A stretch of 63,533 bases of DNA, filler included, from Atractiella rhizophila (taxonomy: Eukaryota): the NCBI GenBank assembly GCA_021432655.1. It is 28 parts of 28 records of this genome, joined end to end, with 100 filler letters (N's around TTAATTAATTAA, not from the genome) between each part and the next. Parts side by side here need not be neighbours in the genome. Positions count along the whole stretch, not along the records: positions 50,285 to 52,415 come from MU272752.1; positions 52,516 to 54,645 come from MU272753.1; positions 54,746 to 56,871 come from MU272754.1; positions 56,972 to 59,093 come from MU272755.1; positions 59,194 to 61,314 come from MU272756.1; positions 61,415 to 63,533 come from MU272757.1; 22 more parts are not named here. The stretch is one strand, 5' to 3'. The notes beneath the pieces are model-generated. The model saw nothing but the letters and a program-made list of their open reading frames with translations. It did no database searches and was not told the origin of the DNA. This document shows, in pieces, positions 50,285 to 63,286 of this stretch (within the stretch, counting starts at the first letter, position 1; each line of letters begins with the position of its first letter). The translations under genes and the position numbers were made by a program.

Positions 50285-50600
50285 CCGAATTCTTTGGTCT
50301 CTGCTCAGTCTACATGCCACGCTTATGCCACCTTTCTCGTCAATGGTCATTGCTCTAGCTGGACTCCAATCTCCGACAGCTCTCCCAAGGCGGCCTAACT
50401 TCCCCTCCCTTGTGATATCTTCATCAATGAGTGAGCTGCCAGCCTTACCATCATGTTGTCCTCGCGCTTATATTCGCTGATGACGTCTCCTTCTATGAAG
50501 GGTCAATTCAGCGCATTCAATCATTACTCTGGCGCTCAGCCCTCAGGAACGATATGCTGCTTAATATCCCCAAAGTGTCGCCTTGTTGCTGCCTCAGCAG
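50285..50600 (+). mobile_element. Non-LTR (LINE) reverse transcriptase remnant
   Basis: Frameshifted FLVNG...PQGGLTSP..DIFIN...LIFADDV...NDMLLNIPK, matching RT motifs 4-6. Confidence 0.75.
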
Positions 50601-52545
50601 TTAGAGCTTTTATTGATAACACAGGTCTCCAGCAGGACGATACCTTCTCTACCTGGGAGTTGAAACAAACCTGCTCTGGATTGGACTTGCAGGCATGGCT
50701 TCTGTGCAAGGTCCAGAAGATGGATGGATATATTCTTGAAGAATCTTAGGGTCTCCGGCTCTAGTTGGCACCCTCGAGTACTCATGGCAAGTATAATCAA
50801 CCACTCAGCTTTCACCTGTTTATTGAACTCAGTAGAAAAGTAGTTATGGTCCCTTGAGGGACAGAGGTTACACTCGGCTTGCACAAAATAAAGAAACACC
50901 TCCCGAGGAAACGTGTCTCTCTCGTGGACCCAAGAACCCTTCTCAGCTTGCCAGTAAGTAAGTTCCGGCGGGACCAAACTATCCTTTGTCCTGTAGCACC
51001 CTTCTAGCTAATGACCCATTTTCTCAGAGATTGTCCTATCCTGGTCCCGAGTGCTGAAGTTGACTTTTTTTGGGGGAAAGTGGTTTAGGTTGCATGAAAC
51101 AACCCTGATGGAATCATATTCAGCTAAATGTATTACCAGATCAATATCAAAGATACCAAGAATGGTAGAAATACAGTGACTCAAAGAAAAAGGCAAATAA
51201 GGGTCGAGAAGATAGAGTAGGCAGATGACAATGCGAGGGAGGAGGAAGGGGAGAATTGTGAGCACAGAGTGAGGCATCTGTGATGTGCATTATGACTTCA
51301 GATACTTCACAAAAATGGTCAAAGAATGAATGCACTTGGAAGCCTAGATCTTGAAATTTGGGAGAAGCAAAACGAACGAATATCTAACCTCTACTGCTGC
51401 TATATCCCTGTCCTTATGCTTCTGATCCTAAGCATTGCTAAACTCATCTAAGTTATCCAATGAGAATTTGCTGGTTCCAACAGGTCTTACAGAGGGATGC
51501 CAACGTTGCTTTTGAACCATTTGACTGTGTGACTCATGATCCATCCGTCCCCATGGCCATCCCACAAGTACCCTTCCGGTGTGACACCCAACTATCATGA
51601 GCTCTGATTCTGTGCCAACTTCCCTTCGCTACAATTTCCACTGACAGGTCTGTTGGAAATCGACACACTGAGGTGTGGAGTTAAGTATGACTTGGTTACG
51701 TTTGGCTGAGCTCTTGCAAGCACATGAGCACCAGGAAATGGAATTCTATGTGTTTATATAGCTTACAGCAGTGGCAACTAGAAAGTAGTAGATCAAGAAA
51801 ACTAAGGAGCTTTGCCACTCAATGGCACTAAACTAGACTGCAAAATCCAACAAGGTCCATCTGCCATGAGTATAACCAAGTTCCTTAGTGGCACATGGAC
51901 CATCATGGGCACTATGCCTATCCTCTGGTTCGCCTCCCATTTGCTTATGTATGAATGTGTTTATCTGAGTGTTAACGCCAATGTAGGCGGCAGATGGATC
52001 GGCCACCCTGTTCATTTTCCTTTCCTCATGAGTTGGACTTGATTGACTGAATGTTCAGCTGGAACACTTGCCTTGATCATCTATGCCCCCTCCCTCCCCC
52101 TCCTGTCTGACGGTGTCCGCTACTTGCATGAATCTAACGCCAAAGTAATAAGTCATAACACCTGTTCAGTGGGAAGCATGATGTTTGAGATCGAGTCTCT
52201 CACGGTGCCTTCAGCCTATCGTCTGCTGATGGGTGAGCCGTCAACGGACAGGAGCTGTCTCCTTTTTGAAAGTGTTAGAGGATTGGTCAGACGGGTCCAT
52301 TGGGTCTCAATCTCTTCTTTTAGGAACAGGATAGGACTGGAAACATGCAGGAAGTCTCAGGAATTTTGCTTCCTGCATCGGATCAACTCTCCTATCCCTC
52401 TCTAGCTGGTTCCTTNNNNNNNNNNNNNNNNNNNNNNNNNNNNNNNNNNNNNNNNNNNNTTAATTAATTAANNNNNNNNNNNNNNNNNNNNNNNNNNNNN
52501 NNNNNNNNNNNNNNNTTCAGAGACTATAAGCACTATGTATCCGTT

Positions 52546-53696
52546 TTATGCAGTGCTCAGGTACTTCTCAAATTTCTCAGGCTTCCACTCTGGCCAGACC
52601 TTAACAGCATTGATACGGTCCGAAGAATCGTTCGGCCCCAAATCAAAAGTCGTCGTCCCACAACCCTCATCAACCTGTCAAGGATTGTTATTCAAACTGA
52701 TGGTGTTGAAGAAAGAATAACGAACATATCTTTGAAAGAAGTTGATGAATCCCGGAAAATCCGGTGTAAGAGGAAGGTCGTCCTTTTGAACGTGGACAAT
52801 TTCACCTCCGTACTTATTCTTCAGCAAGTCCTGTCGGAGAATGAATTGGCTAACGATATGAGCAATACGGAGTGAAGGAAAGCGTACCGCAATCTGTTTG
52901 ACATTGAGGCGATCTCCTTCCAACCTCCAAGTAGAGTTGTAAAGCTGTTGCTCTGGCAACGTGGTCAACGACCAAGCGAGGAAGCGACCAACATCTGCAG
53001 AAGAGGTGATGCTGACGTGGCCATTTCCTTCGTTCAAGATCTTTACTTTCTCCTTTCCAAAGATCCTGCGGAACCAGAATCAGCGTGCCATTATCCGTCA
53101 TCGTGTGGCAATTGAAAGAAGAGGACTCACAAATGCACATACTCCGAAAAGAGTCCGTTGTTGTAGACTGCAGTGGGGAGCCCTTCCGCCTCCGCCAGCT
53201 TTTGAATGCTGAGTTTGTCCGCCAGAGGGGTGTTTTCTGTGGACTCAAACAGTCAGTGCTTCCATTTCCAACCGAAATGAGTCTGAGAGCAAATAACCTT
53301 TGGGAATTGCACCATATTCCGAGGGGACGAAAAGTTTGATTCCCTCCTTCTTTGCTGCCTTGACCAAAGGTTCCTGGGATAGCAGAGTCCCATGGTTTCC
53401 GCCAAACGTGCTGATCAGAACCTCGATCCCCTTGCCCTGAAGAGCAGCGGCAATTGTGTCCTGCGAAGTGTAGTCTACTTTGACAACGATGACATTCGGA
53501 TGAAAGGGAATCTCAGGTTTGTCCTGGCGAGTGAGGATGTATATTTTTGGGACCGTTGGAAGGTCGAGAAACTGCAGTTACCCACGTCAGGAAGTCGACA
53601 AATATTTCAGGGGACGGAGGATAAGCTTACGCTTTGCAAGAAAGTCTTGGAGGTTACTCCAGAGATTCCAGCGATGGCGAAAACTTTGAAGGTCAT
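52546..53696 (-). CDS. NmrA/isoflavone reductase-like NAD(P)-binding protein
   Basis: MTFKVFAIAGISG, VKVDY, QEPLVKAAKKEGIKLFVPSEYG, NGLFSE, GNGHVSITSSADVGRF, and C-terminal WPEWKPEKFEKYL. Confidence 0.9.
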
Positions 53697-54745
53697 GTCT
53701 TGGATGTTATTCTTTGAGACTGAAGCCAAGTGAAATGCGTTGTATGCTCGAGTGATGCCACTTCGACATCCTTCCATCCTCTTTTTAAGCCCTCCATTGG
53801 AGGTGTCTCCATGACTCCCCTTGGCACCGTTCCTTGAGAAGTTGGAGGCGCTAAGTGATACTTAATGATGAAAAGAGCAGCAGGTCGAATGCTCCGGTGG
53901 ATCAGGCAGGCAGCAAACTGATTCTGTTCCTACCAGGCCACTTGCATGCGTGGCAGAACAGGGATCTACAGCACTGTTCGCGGGCAGAGAAGCAAGGGAG
54001 ACGGAACAAGAGCCCGTCTTAGATCAACTGCACAACTTCCTTTAGGCGGATGACCTGGCCAAGGGCTTACACGTTTTGTCGGCGCGCTTTGCAACGCCGT
54101 AGTTTACGGTACTCGTTATGAAAACCGTTAATGAAATCTGTCATTAGGCGAGTCTCGAAATAGTAATTCTTTCTGCAATTCACCTTGACTGTTATTCATT
54201 TGACTCTTTCGGCATCGCTAGGTGAAGTATGTCAGCAGGATGACAAAGGTTGGAATGGAATCCTGAATCTGTCGCCAACCCCCAAGTCAGAGTCAGCCCC
54301 GTTTGATCGAATCCCCTTGATTTCTGTAATCGACATAGAAAAGTCTCCCAGCTTTTTGGAGTTGTGTCTGGGTTGCGTCGTCAGTTTCCTAGACGTCTTG
54401 TCGTCGACCTTGAAATTGAGCGGGTTCGATTTTTGGACCCGTCGTGTGCTGTCAGACCGCGCAGAGAGGCGTTCCATAGAGAATAGAATGTGACGTATAG
54501 TTAGTCAGCATCCCAGGAGCAACACCATGGGGGATCGTCGTGTTCCACAGCGAGTCATGAAGCTTCGTAGCATAGTCGTTGTAGTTGGTCAGTCGCTCTT
54601 CTTACCAACAAAACACTCTTAGTTTTGCTATAAAGGAGGTAGTAGNNNNNNNNNNNNNNNNNNNNNNNNNNNNNNNNNNNNNNNNNNNNTTAATTAATTA
54701 ANNNNNNNNNNNNNNNNNNNNNNNNNNNNNNNNNNNNNNNNNNNN

Positions 54746-55330
54746 CCTACAGGAGCTTCATGAGGAAGGAGAGTGGGGTCAATAGCAATGTCTTGATATC
54801 GTCCCCTTCTTGCAAGAATAACATTTTCTTCACTGATCGCTGGCAGAGCTGATATGGCAGCCGTGACGGTTTCCTTATTAGGGACAGATTCTTTCCCTTT
54901 CCCCTTCTTGGAGATTTGGATTGTTAGCGGTGGAGTCGCCGTCGGCGCTGGAGATGGTGAAGGTCTAGATGACGATGGTTTGGCGGCTAGAAACGAGGGC
55001 ATGCTGTGGCCAGGGATGAGGATAGTCCCAGATTTTGAAGATGATGAAGTAAGTGTAGAGGCTTTGAGGGCTGGTGGAGGAGAAAGAGTACGGGCTGTCC
55101 ACGAGGGTTCTTCTTCATCCACATCGTATAATTGATTACTTTGAGAAGTAGAAGCTACTGGTGTGGGTCGTAGTTGAGATGTGGAAGCACCTTGCCATGC
55201 TTGTCGATCGATTTTGGACTGAGAGAGAGCAGGACTCGTCGGTGCAATTGAGGAAGTAGAAGGAGAGGCCGCACTGAGACGTGATTTGAACAGTGCGGGC
55301 TTGAACTTGACGCCTCCCTTGTCTACGAGG
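54746..55330 (-). CDS. Ser/Pro-rich N-terminal region of an unidentified protein (possibly TFIIIB Bdp1)
   Basis: About 195 open codons after a TAG acceptor, starting DKGGVKFKP and containing IAIDPTL. The Bdp1 guess comes from recalled basidiomycete N-termini only. Confidence 0.45.
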
Positions 55331-56455
55331 TACAATAGCGATGTCAGCCTTGCTGTTTCTGGTAATAAATGATCTCAAGGACAAAGCACTTCAACAGGTT
55401 GGCTCCACCGAAATCCAAATCATAATGTTGTGCTTCATCAGGGGACCAATGATCAAAACATTGCATATAATCACTCGCGGAGCAAGGTTCAGTGCAATGC
55501 CACCTCTAAGATGAGCAGCGTTCTGCTTGCCTGTCTAATTAGTGCCAACATCCACTTGTTTACAAGCTGCGTGCGAGCTTCGCCACTTCTCCAAATTTAT
55601 TGAGGGGTACTATCTTCAACAATAGTAAGAAGTTTGACTTCTCACTCGAGCTTGTCCCTCCAAGTTCGCACTCAAAGGATGTTAGATTGAAATATGCGCA
55701 CCATGCCCTGTATATAAACGAATAGGTGTAAATTATCCATTATAAGCGATAATGTAGCTCAGGAGTGAAGAAGATGTCGGTCATACCGCTCAATAAGAAC
55801 GACAGGACAGAAGCAAGGAAAGAACACCAGAGTCAAAGGAGCTGAAGAAACCATTGGATTTAAAGCAAGGTAGTTTCCTTATTCCTTCCAGGAAGCAGCT
55901 TTCAATTTCTCCCCAAAAGGACACGCCTTGTCGTACATTGAACATTAGAAGAACCCATTCCCCTGGTACTGAGATGTGGCTGAGAGAGAACTAACCAATT
56001 CTGGCAGACATTTCGCGATATCGCTATACCTAACCTCGCACTCTCTCCTTGATGGGCACTTCCCTACGCTCAAGACAACTAGGCGTGTCGATAGCCCTTC
56101 ACCAACAACTGTGAGATGATGCTTAAAGATGTTGTGCAAATCACGTGCAAAGCGATCAGGATCATTCATGAGAGCCTGAGTAAGGAGTAAGGCAGGGTGG
56201 AAGCTACGCAGAGGGAAGGTCCGCGTCTCAAATATTTCCCTTATAAAAATCCTATTTTACAATGCTATTCTTAATAACGCCCTGTGACATTGAGTCGTCG
56301 CATCTCGAAAAGGTCTAAAGGCAATGGGAAAGAGCGGGCGGGATGCCTGTAGGCGGCGGCAAGAAACCAATATAAACAACCACCAGCCAGAGACAACTTC
56401 TCAAACCCAGATTTCTTAGGACCTTAGCAAATTCAAGCTAAATTGCATAGCAAAG

Positions 56456-56767
56456 ATGATGAAGCCACAAGATCCCCTCCGTCTCCACTGCTTCGCGGTC
56501 AAGTGCTCCAACTGTGGTGAGCCCTGCAAGTTCTTTCGGTTTGCGATGTTGACAAGTGTAACGTCAGGAAAAACGACCTGGAAAGGATGCGGAAAGCATG
56601 TCGAGAGCGTTATGAAGGATGTGAGTTCATATTTAACTTTTAGGCACTGTTACTGAGAACCTAGCAGGTTCCCGAGGTTTGTGTTCCCATCAGCAATCGT
56701 ACAAGAACTTTGCTTATCGTAATCGGATGATGCACAGGAGGATAGGTGCACCTGTCCGAGGGAGTGA
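56456..56767 (+). CDS. Small conserved Cys/His-rich protein (CxxCGKTTWxGCGxHV...CTC family)
   Basis: Four exons give MMKPQDPLRLHCFAVKCSNC/GKTTWKGCGKHVESVMKD/VPE/EDRCTCPRE*. Confidence 0.85.
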
Positions 56768-57472
56768 GAGTCTCCTCACTCTCAGAGCTCTTTCGATCAC
56801 CCTTTGACAAAGGAGCAGGCCATGGAGTTGTGTAATTGTATAACAGTCAACATTCCACTGAGAGTTTCGCTNNNNNNNNNNNNNNNNNNNNNNNNNNNNN
56901 NNNNNNNNNNNNNNNTTAATTAATTAANNNNNNNNNNNNNNNNNNNNNNNNNNNNNNNNNNNNNNNNNNNNCTCAACTCCAAAGCTTCGCTAGAGTTGAC
57001 GCGCTGTTGTGCTTCCAACGTGAGTTTCAATCTAGTTACTAGTGCTTGAAGGAGCAGTCAAGAGAGAAGAGTCATTTCGACAATCTACGCTTTTGTTGCA
57101 AGGCACGCTTCCTGGTACAAAGATTCAGGAACTGAAGGTTTACCGTTGTCACGATGATACCAGCTGTTCCGTTTGACGGTGACACTGCACCGTGACCTGG
57201 AGGACCATCTCACGAACGTCGGCGAGGCACGCGAAGGTACCATCCGTTTCCAGGCATGGCTGATGTTCCATATATGATTCAAGGATATTAGCACGAACTG
57301 CAGTCTATGTTAGGCGTATTCTATTTTTTCACAGTGGAAATGGGAGCTCGCCATGGTGATGCTACATTTTTGGCTGCCTGCATTACTCTTCCTCTCTTCA
57401 TCTACCTTCATTCTTTGTCAACAATTTGTCAAATGGTGGGCATGACTTGTATGTTCACTTTTCTGCCAAAAA

Positions 57473-59093
57473 ATGGCTGAGATGTCCTCCGAGGATCTGA
57501 CCTTTGTAAGTATCACTTCCAATAACATTACTTGGATTCACCGGCACTGTGACGTCGATATCTTTGTAATAGGCTACCAGGTTCTTTGTTCAGACCTTAA
57601 TGTTACTCCCCATGCAGAAGTGCAGTCTTTGTCATCTGCACAAAACGCAGCATTCTTATTTTTGTTAACGAAGCAATGGCGTGGAGAGTTATATGTTCTT
57701 ATACTCACTGACCTGTTGCCTTATCTGGGCACCGGATCCGGAGCGTCGCTTCTTCTGGCGGTCTACTTCGCCGTTTTTCGTCTCTTTTGGTCCTGTTCTT
57801 ACGTGGACCTTTAAAAGCACAAGAGCAACGGAGAACTATAGGATGATGCGGCTTCCTGCCTTTCTCAAACCGGCCTTTCGTATGCATGCCAACCCTACCA
57901 AAAGTCCGCCTCTCCTACAGGATGTTTCTGGAGAACCTCACACTCTGTCGAAGTCGCTGTTCACCGGCGCGCAATTTGTGCCCACGAGAGAGACGGACAA
58001 GTTCATGAAGGTTTCATATCGTGATCACCTACGAAAAGACCTTGAGCTGCTGCCTCTGAATGTGGTTGTCCCATTTTGGCCGGAGATCCTGATTGATGGC
58101 GAAGTTCTGCCGTAAGACCAATGGTTCCTCTCCCGTCTCACTGACCGTGTTGAGTAGGGAATCTCCTCTTTCTGCGTTTTTGCTCGATATGACGACGCTA
58201 TTGAGGTATATGTACCCAGCGAGGGCATCTACACCACTTTCCATCCACGTTAAGCATCAGACCTGTTTTGCCAATGGAGTCCGGACCCAGGATGTGGAGA
58301 TTGTGAGCGTACAAATAGAGAAGGAGATATTGGCAGTTTTTGTCATCTTAGTAGGTGTTGTGTAACGGTTTGTAGGCTATACTAACATGGAGAATAGGAA
58401 ACTCCAGGCACTCTCCGTGAACAAGACTGGGAGCCTCTCGCCCACTGCTCCATCGATTTTGCGGATACGTCACAAGTAGCAGGCAACTACTTAGCCTTTC
58501 TTGATTCCCTCGGCATTTCCGACCTCAACTTTGCAGCTTTCCTCGATTTCACATCTACCATAGTCGTCAACATCTCTAAGTCTTTCTCTTACGTCTCTTT
58601 TGAGGAAGGAGCCTATCTTCCGGCATTGACGCTTCTGAGTGAGGTCTTTTCTAAACGATGGGACTGCTCAAAGTTTTCACATCAGACTGGGGCATCGTCC
58701 TTTCCCCGAGTTCTTGTGTCTGGAGCGGAAAGAAATCCCAATGAGGAGCACGATGTGGATTTGAGCACAATAACGCTGGCTGCTGACCTGGATCTTTATG
58801 ACGCTCAAAATGACGATGGTACCATCCTTGATGCGATTGCAGATTGGCACAATGATCGCCTCAATAAGGCTCGACTTTGGCTCGATGACCTCCGGTTACC
58901 AGGTCATGAGCTTCGAGTTATTTCTGTGATTTCTTTGTGCCTTCCCAGCGCAATATCGTCCATTCCACCTCTACTCATGACCGCGAAAGACCCGCTAGTC
59001 CGATTTTTTCAAAATATCCTTTTTCAAGCGGCGTCCGCCGTTCGACCATCCGTCCAGACTTTCTCACTCTGCCCAGGAGATTCTATTTGTCTC
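57473..59093 (+). CDS. Hypothetical lineage-specific protein (may be decayed)
   Basis: Several same-strand ORFs of 144-171 aa with intron-like gaps. No motif recognised. Confidence 0.35.
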
Positions 59094-59193
59094 NNNNNNN
59101 NNNNNNNNNNNNNNNNNNNNNNNNNNNNNNNNNNNNNTTAATTAATTAANNNNNNNNNNNNNNNNNNNNNNNNNNNNNNNNNNNNNNNNNNNN

Positions 59194-60281
59194 GATATTG
59201 TCAACTATATTTTATGAAGCTCTCCACGTAGAAGGGATTAGGACGGATAGACAAATGAGCAGCTGGCTTTGTATTTGCAAATCACTCTTTCCCATTGTAA
59301 GTGGTATACTTTCCTTTCTCTTCTACAATAGAATGTATTTGACTTGACTTGGATGCAGGTCTTGCGCGGACTGTCTGTGGATCCCGTTGCTCTTGTGGAC
59401 CGACAGATGATTTGGACATTCTTGCACATGCTTGGCCAGGTACAGGTTGAAGATATTCGACATCTGACTATCCGAACAACACCTGGAAATATTTTTGACG
59501 ACACAGCAGTCCTCAAAATAATCGGGTGGTGCTCTCGCATCAACACTCAGTTTGAATTGGCACCCCACCGATGGCCCTGATTCGAAGATTCGCAATGACT
59601 TCTTTCCAAAATTTTACAAGCCTTGGAACCCATGAACCATCGAATTAGAACTCTATATCTTGTTGATGACGGATCGGAATTTTTTTGGACGGCAATGAAG
59701 ACTTTTTCACGCATCACGCATCTCACTCTGCTTTCGGGAAATGGGAATCGAGACACATTTGATTCAACTATGACATCACACTTAGGACCCGCTCCCTGGC
59801 TTTCACCCAGGTTGCCAGAAAGTGACATGGACCTCTCGGCGATATTGCCGGCACAACTCACGGGCTTGCGCTTAATCGGTAGCAGGTCATCTTTGTTGGC
59901 CGTTTTGAAACATATCAAACAGATCGATGTGCCTTTTCCACGGCTCAGTGTCTTTCAATGCGAAGTAAAGCTCCTATGTTCTATCCTCGAAGCGATCTCA
60001 CCAACTATTCAAGATCTCTCTCTCAGTTGTGGCTGCTTCCATTCCCGTGACGGCGACAGTCTCTTTGACAACTTTTACCGGATCATCGGCAACTGCAAAG
60101 CTCTCATTTCACTGACTCTCAGCAAGACGGAATTGCGGCCTTGGGACTCAGATTCTCCTGGTCTATTCCAACATCAATCTCGGCCACGGAGAAATGGAGT
60201 TCTGCAAGGACAGCAATCGTCAAATATTGCCAACGGAACCGTATCGAATTGGTGCTTCCAAAAGGACATCGGCGCAAATAG
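59194..60281 (+). pseudogene. F-box/LRR(RNI)-like lineage-specific gene, apparently disrupted
   Basis: LxxLxL repeats (IRHLTI, IRTLYL, ITHLTL, LTGLRL, IQDLSL, LISLTL). There is a frame break near 59580, and a plausible C-terminus (KWSSARTAIVKYCQRNRIEL) lies in another frame after about 60170. Confidence 0.6.
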
Positions 60282-60991
60282 TTAAGGAATATGTTTTTTT
60301 CCTAGTTTCGGGAAACATTCGTGAACTTGAGTCGCCTGACTCTTCTCAAAAATTTTCCTATTGAATTGCATGCTGCATTGAATTTAATTATCTGCCAGTG
60401 AGCAACAAATTCTATGGAGGCACCTCGGGAGCTATTCCAAATTTCAACTCGATTTGCCTGCTTGAGAGACGTACTCACCTCTGAGCTAGTAACATATATC
60501 TTTGATAGACTTCTGCTATTTTTCGATTCCGATTGCATAGCCTGTATCTCGGCGTCAAAGCTATGATGATAAAAACTGTGCTTTCCTCATATCTCACCTG
60601 GTCCTCCGTGGTGAACTGTAGGGATGCACAACATGGCGTGACAGGTCCGGAACCCGTACTTCGTTCTTGTCTTTTTGGCGTGCGTGGAGCTCTCTAAACA
60701 CGTTTCGAACAGCACACATTTTTGACCGGACGGGAAGACGTGCTGCAGACATGAAGGAGTGTTCCTGTCTTCGTCCGCCAACACGTCTCCTAACGTGGCT
60801 TCAGATTTCTATAGCTGTGCAATTTATGTAGGATCTTTTAGTCAAGCAGGCCAGGTCGGCTGGCTCATCAAGAACAAGACGTCAGAGGTTCCTTTGTGCA
60901 CCTGGTGCCTGTCCAATTTAAGACCAGAATCTTCTTCTGACTAGTCTCGCCTCAGTTGCTCCAGTGCTCCATTCAAAGTGTTGATCCCAAA

Positions 60992-61153
60992 TAGGCTTGT
61001 CACACGGTTTTGGAAACCTTCAAAACCGCCAACCCACCTGACCCGTACACCGTACGGGTTGTCTGTGGGTGCAGGGGAAAATCCGTGAGGTATGAGGGAA
61101 GGGTGACGGGTTAGGATCTCTTCTCACCAAATTCCGCGGGAACCTGCGGGTTC
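60992..61153 (+). mobile_element. Possible hAT/MITE terminal fragment
   Basis: TAGGCTTGTCACACGG start followed by clustered ACCCG/CGGGT motifs. No second TIR or TSD found. Confidence 0.35.
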
Positions 61154-61414
61154 TCTGATTTGGTCGTCGCTTGAGTTTGGAGTTTCGGATTGCATGAGCA
61201 TGTCTTAGCCCTAGCCTCGAGAGATGCATAAGTTGACGTCTGGTGTTGAGATAAGTGAGCTAGAAATGGTTCTTAGACAATGATAATTTCCAAGTTTTGC
61301 GCATATCAGAAGAANNNNNNNNNNNNNNNNNNNNNNNNNNNNNNNNNNNNNNNNNNNNTTAATTAATTAANNNNNNNNNNNNNNNNNNNNNNNNNNNNNN
61401 NNNNNNNNNNNNNN

Positions 61415-63005
61415 ATCGTGGAAAGCCATAAAGCAAAATCAATCGAAGTCCCTGTGATTTGGTCGACAATCAGCGTGCGCAGTGCAGGTGTAAAATATCC
61501 TGTTGATCCATGATCCCAAGCAGCCAGCCATAGATAGTGAAGGCTAAGGAGTTGCAAATTCTCACATTGGAGGAGCAAGGAATAGAACTGGTTGCAATGT
61601 GAACTTCTCTCGCCTCTGCTTGTCAGAGCAGCTTCGATACTATAGTCATTGCCTGACAACCGCAAACTTCTGATTGACCGCTTGATCCTTCGGAGTAGTG
61701 GAAATAAAAGTTTGTCAGCTTCGTGATCAGCCAAATCTAGTTCAAGCACTTGGAGAGGAGGAAAGGTCGAGTTGAGACCAAGATCGTGAACAAGAATGTC
61801 CGGTACTGTTGTAACAGATCGGTTGTTCCCCGAATCTGGCATCAGAATGGAGGTGAGACCGACTGGGAGGAGTGGAAAATTGGGCAGAACATCCTTCGAA
61901 GATTGTGAATACTCTGAGTGTGGTAGAATAGATGTTAGAGAAATGACTCCCAACCATCCACGAAAGTACCCCTCTCTTCCAAGGATCTCTAGGGTGGTAA
62001 TGCGTATATACTTTCGAAGGAGCGAGACCAAGAATCCATGTTGGTTGTTGAAAAGTTGGATGTGACACAATGAGTTAAAACCAAACATGTCAAAGTCTGG
62101 ATCATTCTGGCCGAGATCGTGTGGAAACTCGAAAGGAGACCAGAATGTGAGTTTCTGAATGTTCGTACACAAATAGCACAGCTTCGCGAGAGAGAGGTGA
62201 TCCATGCGAGCGACAGGGTCTATCGACCTGTTTGGAGATAATCTGGTATCAGAGTTTTTAAGTCGAATAGACAGGTATTTCACTGAGGGAGCGTAAGTCG
62301 GATAAAGGTCCAAGTATCGAAGGAGCTTGTCAACATCCTTGTAAGAACGCAATTCTGGTGGTTTCTCACACAAAAGATGCCCGATCTGTTCAATCTCGTC
62401 CTGAATCATTCACAACGGTGTGCAAGTCATGGACTTACAATTGGCTGAATGCGTCTCGCTATGCAAAGTAGGTTGAAGTTTTCCATGGTCCAACCGTCTA
62501 CCACAAACGAGAAAATCGAAATAAGTAGCTCCGTAGGTAGACTGCCCAAAGGAGAGTTACATCTTGGCATTGGCAGGGGGGGCTCAGAAGTATTTTGGGA
62601 AGAAGTCCTGGCTGAACGGAGCCTTTTACTAAGGTTTTGATCAATATGTTTTAACGACTGCCTAGAACCCTGGTCAGTTTAGAAAACACAGATATTGCGA
62701 GATTGTGCACACTGGAAGCTGGAAGGTCCAAATTCGAAGTATTCGAACGAAGGGGAAGCAACATTCTTGTCAGTTTGATGATCCAACACAACCTCTCCTG
62801 TAGCCTTATTTATGTGAACTTGAATGCTGAAGACTTGAGTTGCAATTGTTGTCCAAAAATTTCTGAAGATGGTATCATCAATGGAACCATCAAACACAAT
62901 CTGCGCCTGCCAGCGCACAAGCCATTGCGACATTGTCTGCTCTAAATCTTGCCAGGCAGCTTTCGCCACATCTATTCCTTCTTTCCTCTGTGTCTGCGCT
63001 GCCAT
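61415..63005 (-). CDS. F-box/LRR(RNI)-like lineage-specific protein, 3'-truncated
   Basis: Exon of more than 330 codons with LxxLxL repeats (VKYLSI, IQKLTF, ITTLEI, LQVLEL, IRSLRL, LQLLSL, LRTLIV). Upstream ORFs are on the same strand. Confidence 0.7.
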
Positions 63006-63286
63006 TGGCCATCAGACATTACATGCCAGTGAAATGAAATTTGAGATCTAATAGTGACAGAAACCATGACATACATGCAAGAGTTGCGGAACCGAACACG
63101 GCGACCACAGTAGACTTCAATCAGTGGTTCATATCGTTTACCTCTCGAGTTCAGCTTGCCAGCAGGATCAAAGGGTTGACATGGTAAGCTATCTCTTTCG
63201 TGGATGTGAAAGCTCCGCTGATCTATTGGAAAGGCTTCACAACAATGTTAGCCCCTTACTGCACTGGCAGACTAAAGCTGATCACA

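Noticed and set aside
51480..52415. Second LINE RT fragment on the minus strand (ADD, YIGV-like words)
   Set aside because: The motifs are too short and degraded to support a call by eye.
2239..61414. Regularly spaced TTAATTAATTAA repeats resembling an array
   Set aside because: They are assembly linkers embedded in N runs, not biological sequence or CRISPR. ORFs ending in X...N or LIN are artefacts of them.
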